A DNA stretch of 64,000 nt from an uncultured Lentimicrobiaceae bacterium (lineage in GTDB: Bacteria > Bacteroidota > Bacteroidia > Bacteroidales > 4484-276): NCBI GenBank assembly GCA_964523795.1, contig CAZGAO010000015.1, positions 1,695-65,694 on the forward strand. The letters are read 5' to 3'. How positions within the stretch are numbered: position 1 is the stretch's first letter; each line of letters begins with the position of its first letter. A program made the translations under genes and the position numbers. The notes under the pieces were generated by a model. It searched no databases. It saw only the letters and a program-made list of their open reading frames with translations, and was not told where the DNA came from. Shown piece by piece: positions 29,936 through 38,603 of this stretch.

Positions 29936-29949
29936 AAAAATATCCTAAT

Positions 29950-30237
29950 ATGGCTGACAATCATAAGAATCATATTGTTGATTATAAATTTAACATCCTG
30001 GTGTTTATCGATCTATTGATACTCACACTCATCACCATCGAAATAGCCCAGTTCGACTTTCAGGAACTTACCGTGGTGGTGGCTTTGGTGATAGCAAGTA
30101 TCAAGACCTACCTCGTGGGAACCTATTTTATGCACCTTAAATTTGAGAATAAATTTTTGCGGACTGTTGTTTTGGGTGTGGGCTTGCTTTTTATAGCAGT
30201 GCTGATAGTTTTATTTAGCGATTACCTGTTTATTTAA
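29950..30237 (+). CDS. Cytochrome c oxidase subunit IV family
   Basis: 95 aa, 3 TM, K..LV..YFMHLKFE. Confidence 0.9.
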   Translation: MADNHKNHIVDYKFNILVFIDLLILTLITIEIAQFDFQELTVVVALVIASIKTYLVGTYFMHLKFENKFLRTVVLGVGLLFIAVLIVLFSDYLFI

Positions 30238-30239
30238 TA

Positions 30240-31175
30240 TTGGAGGAAAAGAAAATGACTGGTGCTTCAAATTTTGTAGAAGGCGTTGATCTGGCGTTTT
30301 ATGTGATTTTCGGGATTTCTTTGTTCTTCCTGATTTTGATTACGGTAGTGATGATCTATTTTGTTATCCGCTATCGTAAATCAAAACATCCGGTAGCCGA
30401 CACTTCCATCACCGGCAGTGTTAAACTTGAATTAATCTGGACCATCATCCCAACCATCCTGGTTTTGGTGATGTTTTATTACGGCTGGGCAGGCTTTGCG
30501 CCCATGCGTGACGTACCCGATGATGCCATCGAGGTAAAAGCCATCGCCCGCATGTGGAGCTGGACCTTTGAGTACGACAATGGCAAGAAAAGTGATAAGC
30601 TCATCGTACCCAAGGGCAGGCCGGTATTGCTCAAATTGATTTCGGTGGATGTTAATCATGCCTTGTATGTTCCGGCTTTTCGTATCAAAGAAGATGTAAT
30701 CCCCGGAAGGGATAATTATATGTGGTTTACGGCCAACGAATTTGGTTCGTACGACTTGATGTGTGCCGAATATTGTGGTCTGCGCCATGCTTACATGCTC
30801 ACTACCGTGGAGGTGGTTGATGATGGCGAGTGGGAGGAGTGGATGAAAACACCCAGCGGCGAAAGCGAACTCGACAAGGTAGCCGAGGGTTTTAATGTGA
30901 TAAAGATGAATGGCTGTGTGGCTTGCCATAGTTCGGATGGCACCAAGCTGGTTGCTAATAGTTTTAAGGGTATCTGGAGTATGAAACGTCAGGTGATGGT
31001 GGATGGCGAGGAGCAAACCGTAACGGTGGGTGCCGAATATATCCGCAGGTCGATTTATGAGCCCAACGCCGAAGTTGTCGTTGGTTACAACAAAGGCCTG
31101 ATGCCCTCGTACAAGGATATGATTTCGGATAAAGAAGTAGAGCAAATCACCGAGTACATCAAGTCGCTGCAATAG
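30240..31175 (+). CDS. ctaC: Cytochrome c oxidase subunit II with fused C-terminal cytochrome c
   Basis: LELIWT; DVNH and CAEYCGLRHAYM CuA ligands; CVACH and GLMPSY; start TTG 30240 or ATG 30255. Confidence 0.94.
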   Translation: MEEKKMTGASNFVEGVDLAFYVIFGISLFFLILITVVMIYFVIRYRKSKHPVADTSITGSVKLELIWTIIPTILVLVMFYYGWAGFAPMRDVPDDAIEVKAIARMWSWTFEYDNGKKSDKLIVPKGRPVLLKLISVDVNHALYVPAFRIKEDVIPGRDNYMWFTANEFGSYDLMCAEYCGLRHAYMLTTVEVVDDGEWEEWMKTPSGESELDKVAEGFNVIKMNGCVACHSSDGTKLVANSFKGIWSMKRQVMVDGEEQTVTVGAEYIRRSIYEPNAEVVVGYNKGLMPSYKDMISDKEVEQITEYIKSLQ

Positions 31176-31269
31176 CTTTTTAAAGATAGTGTCCGTTTGT
31201 AAAGTTGCTAATTCTGCTGCTCGTAAAATTGTTTTCAGCTACTTTCGAAATTTGTTATATAAATTTTTT

Positions 31270-31356
31270 CTTAGTGTTTCTTAGTGACTTGGTGTCTTGG
31301 TGGCCGTTCTCTTTGTTGTTAGCCACAAAGGCGCAAAGACACCAAGGTTCACAAAG
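31270..31356. repeat. Complementary 8-9-mer arrays forming a hairpin inside the cox cluster
   Basis: cttagtg/cttggtg units 31270-31304 versus gccacaaag gcgcaaaga caccaaggt tcacaaag 31322-31356. Confidence 0.65.
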
Positions 31357-31425
31357 TGTAATAATTGAGACAGAGAATTTATCTTAAATCAGCAAGCCTG
31401 TTGTTCCTCGTAAAGATCAGTATTT

Positions 31426-32292
31426 ATGCTAAAGCAAATAAAAAAGTCTTATCACCTTTTTGCCGAGCTGAGCAAGATCAAGATTCCCTTTGCGGTGTCC
31501 ATCAGCTCGCTCACGGGCTATCTTGTTTATAGCGGAGCCTTCGACCGGGGTGCCTTTATCTCGACCCTGGGCGTTTTTTTGCTGGCCTCGGGCAGTGCCG
31601 CGCTCAATCAATATCAAGAGCATCGCTTGGATGCAAAGATGTTGCGTACCCACGGTCGCCCAATTCCCAGCGGACGCTTTTCAGCTATAAACACCCTGCT
31701 TTTTGCTATTATTGTTTCGCTCGCCGGAGCTTCAATTTTGCTTTTTGGTAACAATGCCACGGCCTTTATTTTGGGATTGCTCACCTTGCTCTGGTACAAC
31801 GGCATTTATACACCCATGAAACGCAAAACGGTTTTTGCGGTGTTTGCCGGTGCCCTGGTGGGAGCCTTTCCGCCCATGATTGGCTGGACAGCCGCCGGCG
31901 GCTATGTTTTCGATACCGCCATCGTTCTTATTGCCATGCTCCTGTTTATCTGGCAGGTGCCGCATTTTATCCTTTTACTGCTCAAGTATGGCCCCGAATA
32001 CGAGCTGGCGGGCTTTTCAACGCTCACCACCTATTTTACCGAGGCGCAGTTGAAGCGGCTTATCTTTGTCTGGATTTTGGCTACCGCCTTTGCAGTAATG
32101 ATAATTCCTGTGGCGGGGGTAATCAGTTCAAGCATTATCATAGCCCTTTTGCTGGCTTCCTCCTTGTGGATTGTTTACAGTTTTTATGTCCTGATGTGCC
32201 GGCAGCAGATTAATCTGCGGAGTGCCTTTATGCAAATCAATCTTTTTTTGATGCTGGTTCTTATTCTGTTTTCGGTGGATAGTTTGCTATAA
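31426..32292 (+). CDS. ctaB: Protoheme IX farnesyltransferase (heme O synthase)
   Basis: NQYQE..LD..MLRT.GRPIPSGR, YTPMKRKT, GAFPPMIGW, WQVPHF. Confidence 0.93.
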   Translation: MLKQIKKSYHLFAELSKIKIPFAVSISSLTGYLVYSGAFDRGAFISTLGVFLLASGSAALNQYQEHRLDAKMLRTHGRPIPSGRFSAINTLLFAIIVSLAGASILLFGNNATAFILGLLTLLWYNGIYTPMKRKTVFAVFAGALVGAFPPMIGWTAAGGYVFDTAIVLIAMLLFIWQVPHFILLLLKYGPEYELAGFSTLTTYFTEAQLKRLIFVWILATAFAVMIIPVAGVISSSIIIALLLASSLWIVYSFYVLMCRQQINLRSAFMQINLFLMLVLILFSVDSLL

Positions 32293-32956
32293 ATTTTTCT
32301 TCCAGTTCGGCACTCATTTTTATCACCCTTCTGCACCATTCTGTTTTAATATCCACCTGCTCCTCCTCGCTTAGCTGCCAGGCTAATGTTGATTTCCGCA
32401 GTTTTTCGCTTAGATAGAAAAGGCAGAGTGCCGCCGACACCGAAATATTGAAACTCTCGGTAAAACCGTACATGGGTATTTTTATATATTCATCAGCCAG
32501 ATCGAGGCTCTCCTGGCTCAGGCCTCGCAGCTCGGTGCCAAAAATGAGTGCCACCGGGCCTTTTTCCAAATCGAGGTCTTGCAGTTCTACATCCTCTTTG
32601 TGTGGCGTGGTGGCAACAATGCGGTAGCCCTTTTCTTTTAAATGGGCAATGGCGGCGGAAGTATTATTTTCGGCGGCATCGTATTTTATCAGATCCAGCC
32701 ATTTGGACGAGCCTAAGGCCACATCCGGATTTACCTCGTAGGGATTTTCGTTTTCGATAATGTGCACATCCTGAATGCCGAAACAGTCGCACGAACGCAG
32801 CACCGCGCTGGCATTGTGCGGCTGAAAAATATCTTCGAGCACCACGGTGAGGTAGCGTGTGCGATTGGCAACAATCGCCTCGAACTTGCTGTGTTTGTTG
32901 TCGCTGATAAATCCAGAAAGGAAATCCAATAATGCTTGTTTCTTTTTCAAATCCAT
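32261..32956 (-). CDS. trmH: tRNA (Gm18) 2'-O-methyltransferase, SpoU/TrmH family
   Basis: VVLEDIFQPHNASAVLRSCDCFG, FGTE..G, IPMYGFTESFNISV. Confidence 0.9.
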   Translation of the reverse strand: MDLKKKQALLDFLSGFISDNKHSKFEAIVANRTRYLTVVLEDIFQPHNASAVLRSCDCFGIQDVHIIENENPYEVNPDVALGSSKWLDLIKYDAAENNTSAAIAHLKEKGYRIVATTPHKEDVELQDLDLEKGPVALIFGTELRGLSQESLDLADEYIKIPMYGFTESFNISVSAALCLFYLSEKLRKSTLAWQLSEEEQVDIKTEWCRRVIKMSAELEEKFIANYPPKTE

Positions 32957-33077
32957 GATTCAAATTTTTTTTTGCAATTAATCCTGCATGGCTGTCCGGA
33001 AACGCCATTTTAAAATCGATGCCAAAAATATTGAAAAATCGCAAAATGATAGTCTTCATTTTTTTTACTTTTGTAAG

Positions 33078-33830
33078 ATGAAAAAAATCACAACGAAAAT
33101 TGCATTGCTATCCTTAATCCTGCAGTTCTCATTTACGGCTTGCTCGACTTATCGAAGTTTGGATCAGGCACTGGCAAATCCTTTGGATGTTAAAACATTG
33201 AAAATTAAAAATACGCCTATCGGAGAACTCCCGCCCGAGATTGGAACACTTAAAAACCTGGAAACACTCTATCTGTTTCGCGATCAACTGACCAGCCTGC
33301 CCAAAGAAATTGGCGAGCTAAAAAATTTAGAAACCCTGATTTTAAGCAGTAACCGGCTTACTACACTACCTGCTGAGATTGGAGATTTGGATAGGCTAAC
33401 AAAATTATCGCTGAAGCATAATGATATTAAAAACCTCCCTGTTGAAATAGCTAAGCTTGGAAATTTAGAGTATCTCGATTTGCAATACAACGAATTGGAT
33501 TCCCTTCCACCGGAACTTGGGCGTTTGAAGGAATTAAAATTTTTGTATTTAAATAACAACGATTTATATTCAATTCCCAGCCAGATTGGAGGGCTTGAAA
33601 GTTTGCAATACCTGGTGATTGGCAAAAACAGCCTGACCAATTTACCCGAAGAAATCGGTAATCTTACTACCCTAATCGAATTGAATCTGGCATACTGCGG
33701 CCCGATGGTAGAAATTCCCTCATCAATCGTTAATTTAAAATCGTTGGAATACTTGATCATCGATCGGTCGCTGTATTTGCCTTACACGATTAATAGCATC
33801 AACCCACGGTTACAGGTTGTTGTTAGGTGA
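33078..33830 (+). CDS. Leucine-rich-repeat lipoprotein
   Basis: Lipobox FTAC; about eight 23-aa repeats LP.EIG.L.NL..L.L..N.L; TACTTTTG box at 33066-33073. Confidence 0.9.
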   Translation: MKKITTKIALLSLILQFSFTACSTYRSLDQALANPLDVKTLKIKNTPIGELPPEIGTLKNLETLYLFRDQLTSLPKEIGELKNLETLILSSNRLTTLPAEIGDLDRLTKLSLKHNDIKNLPVEIAKLGNLEYLDLQYNELDSLPPELGRLKELKFLYLNNNDLYSIPSQIGGLESLQYLVIGKNSLTNLPEEIGNLTTLIELNLAYCGPMVEIPSSIVNLKSLEYLIIDRSLYLPYTINSINPRLQVVVR

Positions 33831-33846
33831 GATAGATATTTTTTTG

Positions 33847-34026
33847 ATGAAAACATCATTGATTCGTAAAATCAAAGAAATTATCGGGAATCAGGTTTCA
33901 GGACTTATCCAGCCCATGAGCATTGAAGAATTTTACGAGCGTATTGAAGCCTCCGAAAAAGCTTTTGCCGATGGCAACTATATTTCTCATGAGGATTTGA
34001 AAAAGGATTTTCGCTTCGCTCAATAG
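33847..34026 (+). CDS. Small protein resembling a type II antitoxin (orphan, possibly truncated)
   Basis: PMSIEEFYERIEASEKAFADGNYISHEDLK pattern; no toxin ORF follows. Confidence 0.45.
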   Translation: MKTSLIRKIKEIIGNQVSGLIQPMSIEEFYERIEASEKAFADGNYISHEDLKKDFRFAQ

Positions 34027-34090
34027 ATTTAATTTGTACAGACGCGCAAATTGCGCGTCTCTACACCAAGACAGGATTTTCGCTTCGCTC
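34004..34090. repeat. REP palindrome flanked by 18-bp direct repeats
   Basis: gtacagacgcgcaaattgcgcgtctctac 34036-34064; aggattttcgcttcgctc at 34004-34021 and 34073-34090. Confidence 0.8.
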
Positions 34091-34105
34091 CACAATTCCC
34101 TCCTC

Positions 34106-35032
34106 CTAAAACCGATATCCCACCGAAATACCTGCGGCATAAGTGCGTGCCAGTCCTGCGGGCTGCACATCGCGGGTGATGAGCGGCGAGCCATAAAAAA
34201 CATGGAAGGTGAGAGCCTCGCTTGCCTTGTAGCCTGCCGATAAAGCAATATTAAGCGTTAGGCCGTCGGAGCCGACAATGTCGGTGCGCTGGTTTTCTTC
34301 GTTCACATAGCTGTCTTCGCCGAGATGATAAATGGGAACAAATCCGCCCGTAATTACAAAACTCCCAGGCTGAATTGTTTTTTCGATACGAGCCACCACA
34401 TCGGCGCGGCGTTCAATTTTGCGCGAGTCAGCATAAGCGGCCACGCTGGCCTGGTCATCCCACAAACTTTGCAAAAAGCCATTTTCGTTATTTTGAACCA
34501 GGGGTTGCTGATAGCCCAGCGAGGCTGCCCAACCCTTATAAGTCCATTTAGCTCCCAGGAGTAAATCGGTGGTACCCAGATTGGTTTGATAAACCATGGG
34601 CAGCGGTTTGCCATCTTCAAGTCGGTCGGCTTTGCCCATGCTTATGCGGGCACCCACAAAAGCTGCAAAACGATGCTCGCCTGCCTGCTTTATCAGCCCG
34701 CTAAAACTTAGGCTTAGGTCGCCCAGACCATTGGTTTTGCCCAGCTTTCCGTTGGTAAAAAGGTAGGGGACTTTTATTTGGATAGCACTTGCCTTGCCCA
34801 CGAGATAATCGGCTTCGAGCATCAGCGCGTTGATGGAAGTGCCATCATCGCCCTGAGCAAAATGGTAGCCCAGGTTAAGATTAATTCGTGAGTCGGTGAG
34901 CGCGGAAGTGCCGTCTTCGGTCATAAGGCCGCTGGTGCAGATTCCGGCATCGCTGCATCCTTGCCCTTTGGTGCTTGAGTGGATTGCAAAAATGAGTAAA
35001 AAACTTAGGGTTACGAATGCGTATTTTGTCAT
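34106..35032 (-). CDS. Putative outer-membrane beta-barrel protein with N-terminal CSDAGIC motif
   Basis: Signal peptide; amphipathic strands; terminal GYRF. Confidence 0.75.
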   Translation of the reverse strand: MTKYAFVTLSFLLIFAIHSSTKGQGCSDAGICTSGLMTEDGTSALTDSRINLNLGYHFAQGDDGTSINALMLEADYLVGKASAIQIKVPYLFTNGKLGKTNGLGDLSLSFSGLIKQAGEHRFAAFVGARISMGKADRLEDGKPLPMVYQTNLGTTDLLLGAKWTYKGWAASLGYQQPLVQNNENGFLQSLWDDQASVAAYADSRKIERRADVVARIEKTIQPGSFVITGGFVPIYHLGEDSYVNEENQRTDIVGSDGLTLNIALSAGYKASEALTFHVFYGSPLITRDVQPAGLARTYAAGISVGYRF

Positions 35033-35059
35033 AGTAAATTTGAGTGTGGTGTATAAATA

Positions 35060-35186
35060 TTATCTGTTTTTAAAGGAATTGTTAGAAAAATATACGATTT
35101 GAGAATAACGATTTTAGATTTAAGATGTAGATGATATTCAACACAATCTAAAATCTCTGATCTTAATCCTCAATCTTAAATCAAAA
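35060..35186. mobile_element. Miniature element B, copy 3 (degenerate ends)
   Basis: gttagaaaaatatacgattt...cacaatctaaaatct...caatcttaaatcaaaa aligns with 20860-20966. Confidence 0.75.
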
Positions 35187-35342
35187 GATTTAATTAGACA
35201 TCCAACACCAAAACAGGGTTTAGGTTTTAATGAAAAGATATTGTTAACAAAATTTTGGATATGTGGAAAACTTTTTCACGATTTTGCTGTGGCGGATAAC
35301 TGGAATAGCCTACTTTTATGCCATTCTGAATTTGAAAATGAT

Positions 35343-35615
35343 ATGGTGCAAAAACGAAAAAAGGATTTAAAAAAAAGAAAGTTTAAAACCATCACCTTCA
35401 AGCTTTCGGCGAGGCAAAAAAAATCGCTTGATAAATACAGCAAGGCGAGAAATATGACTCCATTGAAATTGATTAAACGGTCGATCGATACCTACATCTC
35501 CCTCGATTATAATGTGATTCCCCCTAAAGTTCCCAGCCCCAAAAATCAACTGGATCTATTCACCGAAATTGAATTAGCTACCAATCTTATGAAAGAGAAG
35601 GATACTGAAAAATAA
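35343..35615 (+). CDS. Small basic protein, RHH-like, with QLDLF motif
   Basis: ATG 35343 preferred; KTITFKLS (strand) then two helices; KNQLDLF near C-terminus. Confidence 0.7.
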   Translation: MVQKRKKDLKKRKFKTITFKLSARQKKSLDKYSKARNMTPLKLIKRSIDTYISLDYNVIPPKVPSPKNQLDLFTEIELATNLMKEKDTEK

Positions 35616-36006
35616 TCTGTGTCTGTCAGTGCTTATCTGGGGTAAAAAAAACGCACCAGGGATTTTTATTTTGATAACGATTACATATTTTTATAAGAAG
35701 CGGATAGTGAGGATGTAAGAGATTTCCCCTTCTAAAACTTGCTGCGCAACGCGCCCGCCTTCTCTCACCCATCAAAAACGCTGAGCTTAGTCATTTCGAT
35801 GCCACAGGCTGTCAACCGCACTTTGGTGGTATAGTAAGGTGCAAATCGGAAACAAAAAAAGAAAGGTGATGATTTTTGGTAAACCACGTGAAGCAAAAAA
35901 AATCTTCACCCCTAAAGTATTATTCATCTTTGGCAGGCAAAAATATGCAATGTCTTACATACATTGATGCTTAGGGATTAGTTTATCAATAATCTAAATA
36001 AAATTT

Positions 36007-36113
36007 ATCGGATGACTAAATCCAGGGGCAAGTCATCCGATGATTACGCTTAAGCAGAATTACCGCTCACTAAAACTGCGGTTTCATGCCCGGACATTAT
36101 TCATCGGATGACT
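36007..36113. repeat. REP-like repeats (AGTCATCCGAT family)
   Basis: atcggatgact 36007-36017 / agtcatccgat 36031-36041; third half-site 36103-36113. Confidence 0.7.
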
Positions 36114-36122
36114 ATTTAATCC

Positions 36123-36130
36123 TACTTTTG
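36123..36130 (+). promoter_or_regulatory. -7 promoter box of PNP gene
   Basis: TACTTTTG 24 nt before ATG. Confidence 0.55.
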
Positions 36131-36154
36131 GCCTTTTTTAATTTGACATAGATA

Positions 36155-36982
36155 ATGAGCGAGTATTCAGAAAAGGTAACACAAACTGCAAATTTCCTTC
36201 GGCAGCACGGAATGAACAAACCCGAAACAGGGATAATTTTGGGCACCGGCTTGGGCAATCTGGTGCAGCGCATCGAGATAGAAAAGACCATAGATTATAA
36301 AGATATTCCCCACTTTCCGGTTTCTACCGTGGAGTCGCACAACGGCAAATTGATTTATGGCCGCCTCAACGGGCGGCAGGTTGTGGCCATGCAGGGTAGG
36401 TTTCATTTCTACGAGGGTTATACCATGCAGGAAATTACTTTTCCGGTGCGAGTGATGTACTTGTTGGGTATTAAAGATTTACTGGTGTCGAATGCCTGCG
36501 GCACGGTGAATAAGGAATTTAATAAGGGAGAGCTGATGCTGATTACAGATCATATCAACCTTTTGGGCGATAATCCGCTGATTGGGCAAAACCATGAGGA
36601 ATGGGGCACGCGGTTTCCGGATATGAGCCAGGCCTATTCACGGGAAATGAATGCCAAAATTGTAGATATCGCCCATCGCGAGGGCGTTAAACTGAATCAG
36701 GGTGTTTATGCGGCTGTGGCCGGCCCCAACCTTGAAACCCGCGCTGAATATCGTTTTATGGCACGCATAGGTGCCGATGTTATTGGTATGTCCACTATTC
36801 CTGAGGTGATGGTTGCCAGGCATCACGGGCTGCCGGTGGTGGCTTTCTCGGTTATTACCGATGAGTGCGATCCCGACAATCTGGCTCCGGTAAATATTCG
36901 CGAAATATTGGCCATGGCCAGTGTGGCCGAGGCGGGATTAAACAAAATTATTTTTGCGCTGATGGGTGCTCTTTCCATTTAA
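36155..36982 (+). CDS. punA: Purine nucleoside phosphorylase (trimeric PNP-I type)
   Basis: IILGTGLG, STVESH, MQGRFHFYEG, GPNLETRAE, GMSTIPE. Confidence 0.94.
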   Translation: MSEYSEKVTQTANFLRQHGMNKPETGIILGTGLGNLVQRIEIEKTIDYKDIPHFPVSTVESHNGKLIYGRLNGRQVVAMQGRFHFYEGYTMQEITFPVRVMYLLGIKDLLVSNACGTVNKEFNKGELMLITDHINLLGDNPLIGQNHEEWGTRFPDMSQAYSREMNAKIVDIAHREGVKLNQGVYAAVAGPNLETRAEYRFMARIGADVIGMSTIPEVMVARHHGLPVVAFSVITDECDPDNLAPVNIREILAMASVAEAGLNKIIFALMGALSI

Positions 36983-38079
36983 ACGTTGAAGCGGATATTG
37001 AGCATATCGCCATCCTGTACGATGTAGTTTTTGCCTTCGATATGAAATTTGCCGGCTTCCTTGCAGGCGTGCTCCGAGCCATAGTGCATAAAATCAGCGT
37101 ATTTGATTACCTCGGCGCGGATAAATCCCCGCTCCAGGTCGCTGTGAATAACGCCTGCCGCCATGGGTGCTGTCGAGCCTTTCTTTACCGTCCAGGCTCT
37201 TACTTCCTTGGGCCCGGCGGTGATGAATGATTCCAGGTTCAATAACTTATAAGCCGAGCGTATCATGCGATTTACCCCAGGTGCGCTAAGGCCAGCATCC
37301 GACAGAAACTCCAGGCGGTCGGCCTCATCTTCCAGCTCAGCAATCTCCGCTTCCAGCTTGCCGGCAATTACAATCACTTCGGTTTCGATGTCCTTGAGGG
37401 TTTTTTCGACAGCCTGCGAATAGGCATTTCCCGTGGCAGCTGCCTCATCGTCCACATTGCAAACGTACATAATGGGTTTGGCCGTGAGCAGGTACATATC
37501 ATCGATCAGTGCTACCTTATCTTTTGGATCTACCTCAAAATCGCGCACATTGCTAAAGTTTTCGATATGCTCGGCCAGACTTTCCAGAATGCCTATCTGG
37601 CGTTTTACTTCTTTGTCGCCCGACTTGGCCAGTTTTTCCAGGCGTTGTATTTTGCGCTGCACCAGGTCGAGGTCGCGCACCTGAAGTTCAAGGTCAATTA
37701 TTTCCATGTCGCGCACCGGATCCACCGAGCCTTCCACGTGGGGAAGGTTTTCGTCGTCGAAGCAGCGCAGCACATGGATGATGGCATCGGTTTGCTGTAT
37801 GTCGGCCAAAAATTTGTTGCCCACGCCTTCGCCCTGGCTCGATCCCTTGGCCAGGCCGGGGATGTCAACAATATCTACGGTTGTAGGCATCACCCGCGCC
37901 GATTTGATGAGCGCATCGATCTTCAACAGCCGATCATCAGGCACATCTATCATCCCCAAATTGGATTTGTTGGTGCTGAAAGCAAAGTTGGTAACTTCAG
38001 CTTTGGTTTTTGAAATACAGTTGAAAATCGCTGTTTTTCCTACATTGGTAATTCCTATAATCCCGCATTTAAGCCCCAT
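36979..38079 (-). CDS. ychF: YchF/Ola1 family ATPase (divergent N-terminus)
   Basis: DI.GL.KG...GEG.GN.FL, TAGPKEVRAW, IHSDLERGFIRAE, EGKNYIVQDGD. Confidence 0.92.
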   Translation of the reverse strand: MGLKCGIIGITNVGKTAIFNCISKTKAEVTNFAFSTNKSNLGMIDVPDDRLLKIDALIKSARVMPTTVDIVDIPGLAKGSSQGEGVGNKFLADIQQTDAIIHVLRCFDDENLPHVEGSVDPVRDMEIIDLELQVRDLDLVQRKIQRLEKLAKSGDKEVKRQIGILESLAEHIENFSNVRDFEVDPKDKVALIDDMYLLTAKPIMYVCNVDDEAAATGNAYSQAVEKTLKDIETEVIVIAGKLEAEIAELEDEADRLEFLSDAGLSAPGVNRMIRSAYKLLNLESFITAGPKEVRAWTVKKGSTAPMAAGVIHSDLERGFIRAEVIKYADFMHYGSEHACKEAGKFHIEGKNYIVQDGDMLNIRFNV

Positions 38080-38127
38080 GGATATTGTATTTTAATGATC
38101 CTGAATATTGAATTTTTTAATGATCGG

Positions 38128-38135
38128 CAAAGGTA
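38128..38135 (-). promoter_or_regulatory. -7 promoter box of ychF
   Basis: CAAAGGTA on + equals TACCTTTG on -. Confidence 0.55.
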
Positions 38136-38175
38136 TAATTATTTGATTTTGCAGCACGGCGAAGAATGAAATTGC

Positions 38176-38586
38176 TTAGCGGCATTTTTTGAGTTTATCG
38201 CCCATATTTGGCTTTCCCAGGTCGTAGGCTTTCTGCCAGTCTTCGCAGGCCTTGTAGTTTTCGTTTTTATAAAACCAGGCCTGGCCACGGTTGTAAAAAG
38301 CATCGGTGTAATTTGGCTTTAGGTCGATGGCCTTAGTAAAGTTTTCGATGGCTTTTTGATATTGCCGCCTGTTCATCCATACCGTGCCTGTGCCATACCA
38401 CGCTTCAGGATTTTCAGGATTCAATTCGAGTGCTTTTTGATATAAGGAATAAGCCTCATCAGGATTGGAGCCATATAAATAGAGGTTGCCTTCGCGCACA
38501 TACTTTGCCGATTCTGCGGTCTTATCAACGCAGCCCGAAACAAAAATTGTAATTAATATCAAAAGTATTCCGCTTGTTTTTTTCAT
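38176..38586 (-). CDS. TPR lipoprotein
   Basis: Lipobox VSGC; three TPR motifs. Confidence 0.85.
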   Translation of the reverse strand: MKKTSGILLILITIFVSGCVDKTAESAKYVREGNLYLYGSNPDEAYSLYQKALELNPENPEAWYGTGTVWMNRRQYQKAIENFTKAIDLKPNYTDAFYNRGQAWFYKNENYKACEDWQKAYDLGKPNMGDKLKKCR

Positions 38587-38603
38587 AATATGTTCAAAGT
38601 GAT

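Noticed and set aside
35200-36150. Candidate oriC
   Set aside because: Only one consensus-fitting DnaA box, no clear unwinding element, no dnaA/dnaN nearby; kept only as a possible regulatory site.
36000-36155. Purine riboswitch before the PNP gene; cobalamin riboswitch before the TBDR at 56350
   Set aside because: Conserved aptamer cores not found; stems belong to repeat families.
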